DNA of 64,000 nucleotides from Cetorhinus maximus. Taxonomy: Eukaryota. Within the stretch, counting starts at the first letter, position 1. The number at the start of each line of letters is the position of its first letter. A program made the translations under genes and the position numbers. The notes below the pieces were generated by a model. The model ran no database searches. It saw nothing but the letters and a program-made list of their open reading frames with translations, and was not told where the DNA came from. The stretch spans positions 39,432,001-39,496,000 of the forward strand of contig NC_135895.1 of the NCBI RefSeq assembly GCF_964194155.1. Reading direction: 5' to 3'. Below are positions 60,653 through 64,000 of this stretch, piece by piece.

Positions 60653-62810
60653 AAGTTCCATTCTATGATTTTAAACTAACAAATAAATTTACTGGCAATT
60701 TGTAGGCACATAAGACAGCATGATAAAAGATCATCTAGTCCATTCCTTATACATACCAATTTATCCTATCACAGACTCTAGCAAATCTATTTAATCCTCC
60801 AAGGAAACTTTTAGTTGACACCCAAAGAAAAGCAAATGAAATTTCACAATACCATTCCTACTTTACAACCTACATTATTCAACTCTAAATAGTTACTTTC
60901 AACAATTAGATTTTTATGTTCTGAGCATTACATGAGTCATTTTATTCCTCAAAGTATTTGATCACTAATCTATATTTTGCCCTCCATTCTCATTCTCTAC
61001 CAACTATTTATCCAGCTCTTTTTGAAGGAGTGAATTGTTCTTGTATAATGGTCACGCGACATGCTCTGAAGGGTGATGACTGTCTAATGTAATTATACCC
61101 AATTCTAATGACTGGAAACAGGAATCTGCCAATCTCTCCCTCTTATTCCTGAGCTAGCTATGCTTTTATCTGTGTCTACTGCCCTCCATTTTCACAAAAA
61201 AAGCCAAAATATGGGAAAAGGGCAAAAGTTTCAGCCTCTAAATGGTGATGTGAAATCTATCTCTTTTGTTGAGCAAGAATAGAGTGCAGAATAACACACT
61301 GGGGTGAATGAGCTAACAAACAGTTCAAAAAATGTTCTTTGGAAGTTAATACAAAATCCCAGTGAAGGACACAAACATAATCAGATGTAGCACTTTGTTC
61401 AGCTAAGGGGAAAGAAAACATAAAATAAAGCCAAATGCAATTAATGTTTAATTTCTTATCAAAAGTAGAAAAGGTACAAATAAGCATCTGCATTTATGTA
61501 AAGCCTTATTACATCTCCCAGAAATGTCCCAAAACACTTGGCAAATAATGAACTATTTTGAAATCTAATGTGTTATGTTGGTAAACATGGCAGCCATTTT
61601 GTATGAAGATATCACAAAGAGCAAGGAAATGACTCAAATCCTTTTAAAGTCAGACTGGGAAATTCTGGATGAGATGAGGTCAGATAGCAATCATTAAGCT
61701 GCTTTATTTCACTGACAGAAAGTCAATGTAAACTGTAATAACCGAAGCAAATTTTATTTAACCCATTATCTTCTCCCCTTTTTTTGAAGAGAGAATGATC
61801 ATTGCACATTGTTGCTATTGTTGTGCTGAGTAAAGGCATGTTATATTCATAACTTTAAACATTGGCTGTAATCAGTACAGAATTTTCTGGAACTGCACTT
61901 TCTTTAAAATGGACATTAAAAAGGTTGTTAAGATGGCTACCAAGGGTCAGGTGATTTTTTGCAATTTCTGCACAGATTACCTCAAGTCTCATGAAAAATC
62001 CTAATTGATTGACCGTGGGTGGCATGTCCCCTTGAATGGATCCATCAAGATGAAAACCATCTGTGGAATTTACACCTTCTATTGTTTGTGGACTTACCCA
62101 AAACTCTAAATCTATGGATTCCAAGACTTACTGTCTCCAAGCTCAAAAATTAACATTGAGAGCTGTAGAGAAACCAGTTAAATCATAAGTAGGTGTGAAT
62201 AGCCACCATCCATTCTTCATTGTACAGTAATGGCTTCTAAGTTCAAATCATTATGGGTGAGCAATAGAAGAATTGATCATATGACTGAAACTGACAACAG
62301 ATAATGAATCTTATTACCCCAAGAATCAGAAAAGGGGTGCAGGAACTAGCCAGTCTGTGAACAACAACTGCAGAGACAGCAACAGGTAAGGCAGCAATAT
62401 CTTTGCCTTTCAAAAATCTGGAGACTCTGCAATATCTTCAAGTCTCCCAACCTGTTCCTTTTCAAGTCCATCAGGACAGAAACTTGACCTCCTAGGAAGA
62501 AGACTACAAGGAACTTCACTAAACAACCCAATCTTCAAGGAAATCCTGATATACAACTCTGGCTATTTGAATCCACCTAGTCTACCCATCGATGTGAAAA
62601 TGCATTCTTCACCAGGTCTGCAACATATGCTTCTTTCCTAAGATGAGCCAAACAAGTGAACTACGAACTGTTCCTTTGTGGCGCCCAGAACTGAAATCAA
62701 TACTCCAGTTGAGGAGGAAACAATGTTCTATGCAAGCTTAATGTAGCTTCCTTGCTTTTGTATTCTATGCCCCTATTAATAAAACCTAGGTTGATGTATG
62801 CTTTACTAAC

Positions 62811-63400
62811 TGTCAGGAAGCTATAATAATTTTCACAATGTTATTTGGAATTTATTGCAAAGTAGAGTAATAGTGGGGTCTGTGCTTATGTGTGTGTGTC
62901 TGTATGTGTGGAACTTAATTAAATTAAAGACAGCTGGTCTGAAGGCTTTGATGTAAGAAGAGAAGTTAGGTTTGAAATGCTAAATAGATAAACATGGGCA
63001 AAGTTTTAGAGTGCGAGGTGTAATAGGAACATTTGCATTTTTAAATAAAGCAGGCTAGCTTGAATTCAAAAGAAGGGGTGAAATGTTTCACCTAGCCAGG
63101 AGAAGTTAAGAAACAGTGTGTTTATTTTTCCCAAAGATTACTGGTAAAATTGGTACTATGATAGATTTTTATTCTTAGAGAGGTAAAGTCCAAAGACAAA
63201 GTGAAACAATGGGAATTTGCATTCAAAGAGGAAATCTGTATAAAAGAGATGAGGCTGTGTGCAAGGGAAGACATTCTAAGATCTAACAAGTGTGAAAAGC
63301 CTCCAGCTTCTAAGCCTCAAGTTGCTGTCTGCAAGAACTGAAGTTAAGAAAACTCATTTTGAATTTGACTGTTTAGGGCATCGTGTTACTTTGCTCTTTT
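62811..63400 (+). mobile_element. LTR-like sequence of the 56232 family
   Basis: Starts TGTCAGGA; TATAAAA at about 63239; shares GTGTGTGG...TTAAAG.CAGCT.GTCTG..GCTTTGA with the reverse complement of 56820-56900. Confidence 0.45.
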
Positions 63401-63409
63401 AAAATCTAT

Positions 63410-64000
63410 GGGAAGAATTTTCAAGTTGGTGAGTGGGGGCGGGGCCCACTCGCCGGCGCATAAAATGACATGCGGTGACGTCGTGCGTCATTTAGATTTT
63501 CAGTTCGGCGGGCGTGCAGCCGACTTGACTGCTTGTCTGCTGAACTGTCAAAGGCCTATTAAGGCCATTAAGGAAGTTATTAAAGTAGTTAAGAATGCTG
63601 CCCGTCCAACATTAAGGTTGGCGGGCAGGTGAAGAGCCCAGGCGGCCTGCACATTTTTCATGAAACCTCATCCACAGGGATGAGGTTTCATGATGGGTTT
63701 ATTAATTAAATTAAAAATTTTCAAATATTTGATAAACATGTCCCAGCTCATGTGACAGCATCACATGAGGGACATGTCTAAATAATTTTTCTCTGTCTTT
63801 ATTAAAAACTTTCATTCCGAACTTAATCTGCCTCAGGGATATTTCTGTGCTCTTTCGTGCGCATGCGCGAAAAAGCGCAGGCCCCGACTCAGGGAGTTCC
63901 CCCCCCACCCCCCCACCACCCACACAGGGAGCACTCAAAGCTTCCAGCACGCATCACACTGGGCGGGCCTTAATTGGCCTGCCCATATAAAATGGCAGCA
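63410..64000. mobile_element. GC-rich interspersed repeat (non-autonomous DNA-transposon-like), truncated by the window edge
   Basis: CpG-rich with TTAAT-centred internal palindromes; similar character to blocks at 19250-19440, 20920-21100 and 58170-58600. Confidence 0.35.

Overview
Eukaryotic, AT-rich, repeat-dense vertebrate DNA. The repeat content (CR1/L2 LINEs, V-SINE and Deu-SINE, Penelope-like elements) points to a cartilaginous fish, probably a shark; this is an inference. Two protein-coding genes can be built exon by exon. TMEM69 is on + (non-coding exon 1 near 18.7-18.85 kb; CDS 28532-28576 + 29680-30393; 252 aa). IPP/KLHL27 is on - (8 coding exons from 50251 to 34863; 590 aa, BTB-BACK-Kelch) and is convergent with TMEM69. 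A CpG-island promoter with a minus-strand first exon at 14.4-14.75 kb is probably GPBP1L1, called by synteny only. The most notable non-genic signal is a set of Penelope-like (RT + GIY-YIG) retroelement ends carrying minimal type-I hammerhead-ribozyme folds. Stem II co-varies between copies, and a second unrelated hammerhead family lies at 31.07 kb. Other oddities: an 18-unit 27-bp GC-rich minisatellite with CTCF-like motifs upstream of the IPP start codon; a 130-bp inverted copy of TMEM69 3'UTR sequence inside a decayed coding-like tract; an inverted duplication in TMEM69 intron 1; an orphan AG/GT-bounded 84-codon ORF at 60 kb; and SINEs built from both ends of the local LINE. Repeat boundaries are approximate and were read by eye.
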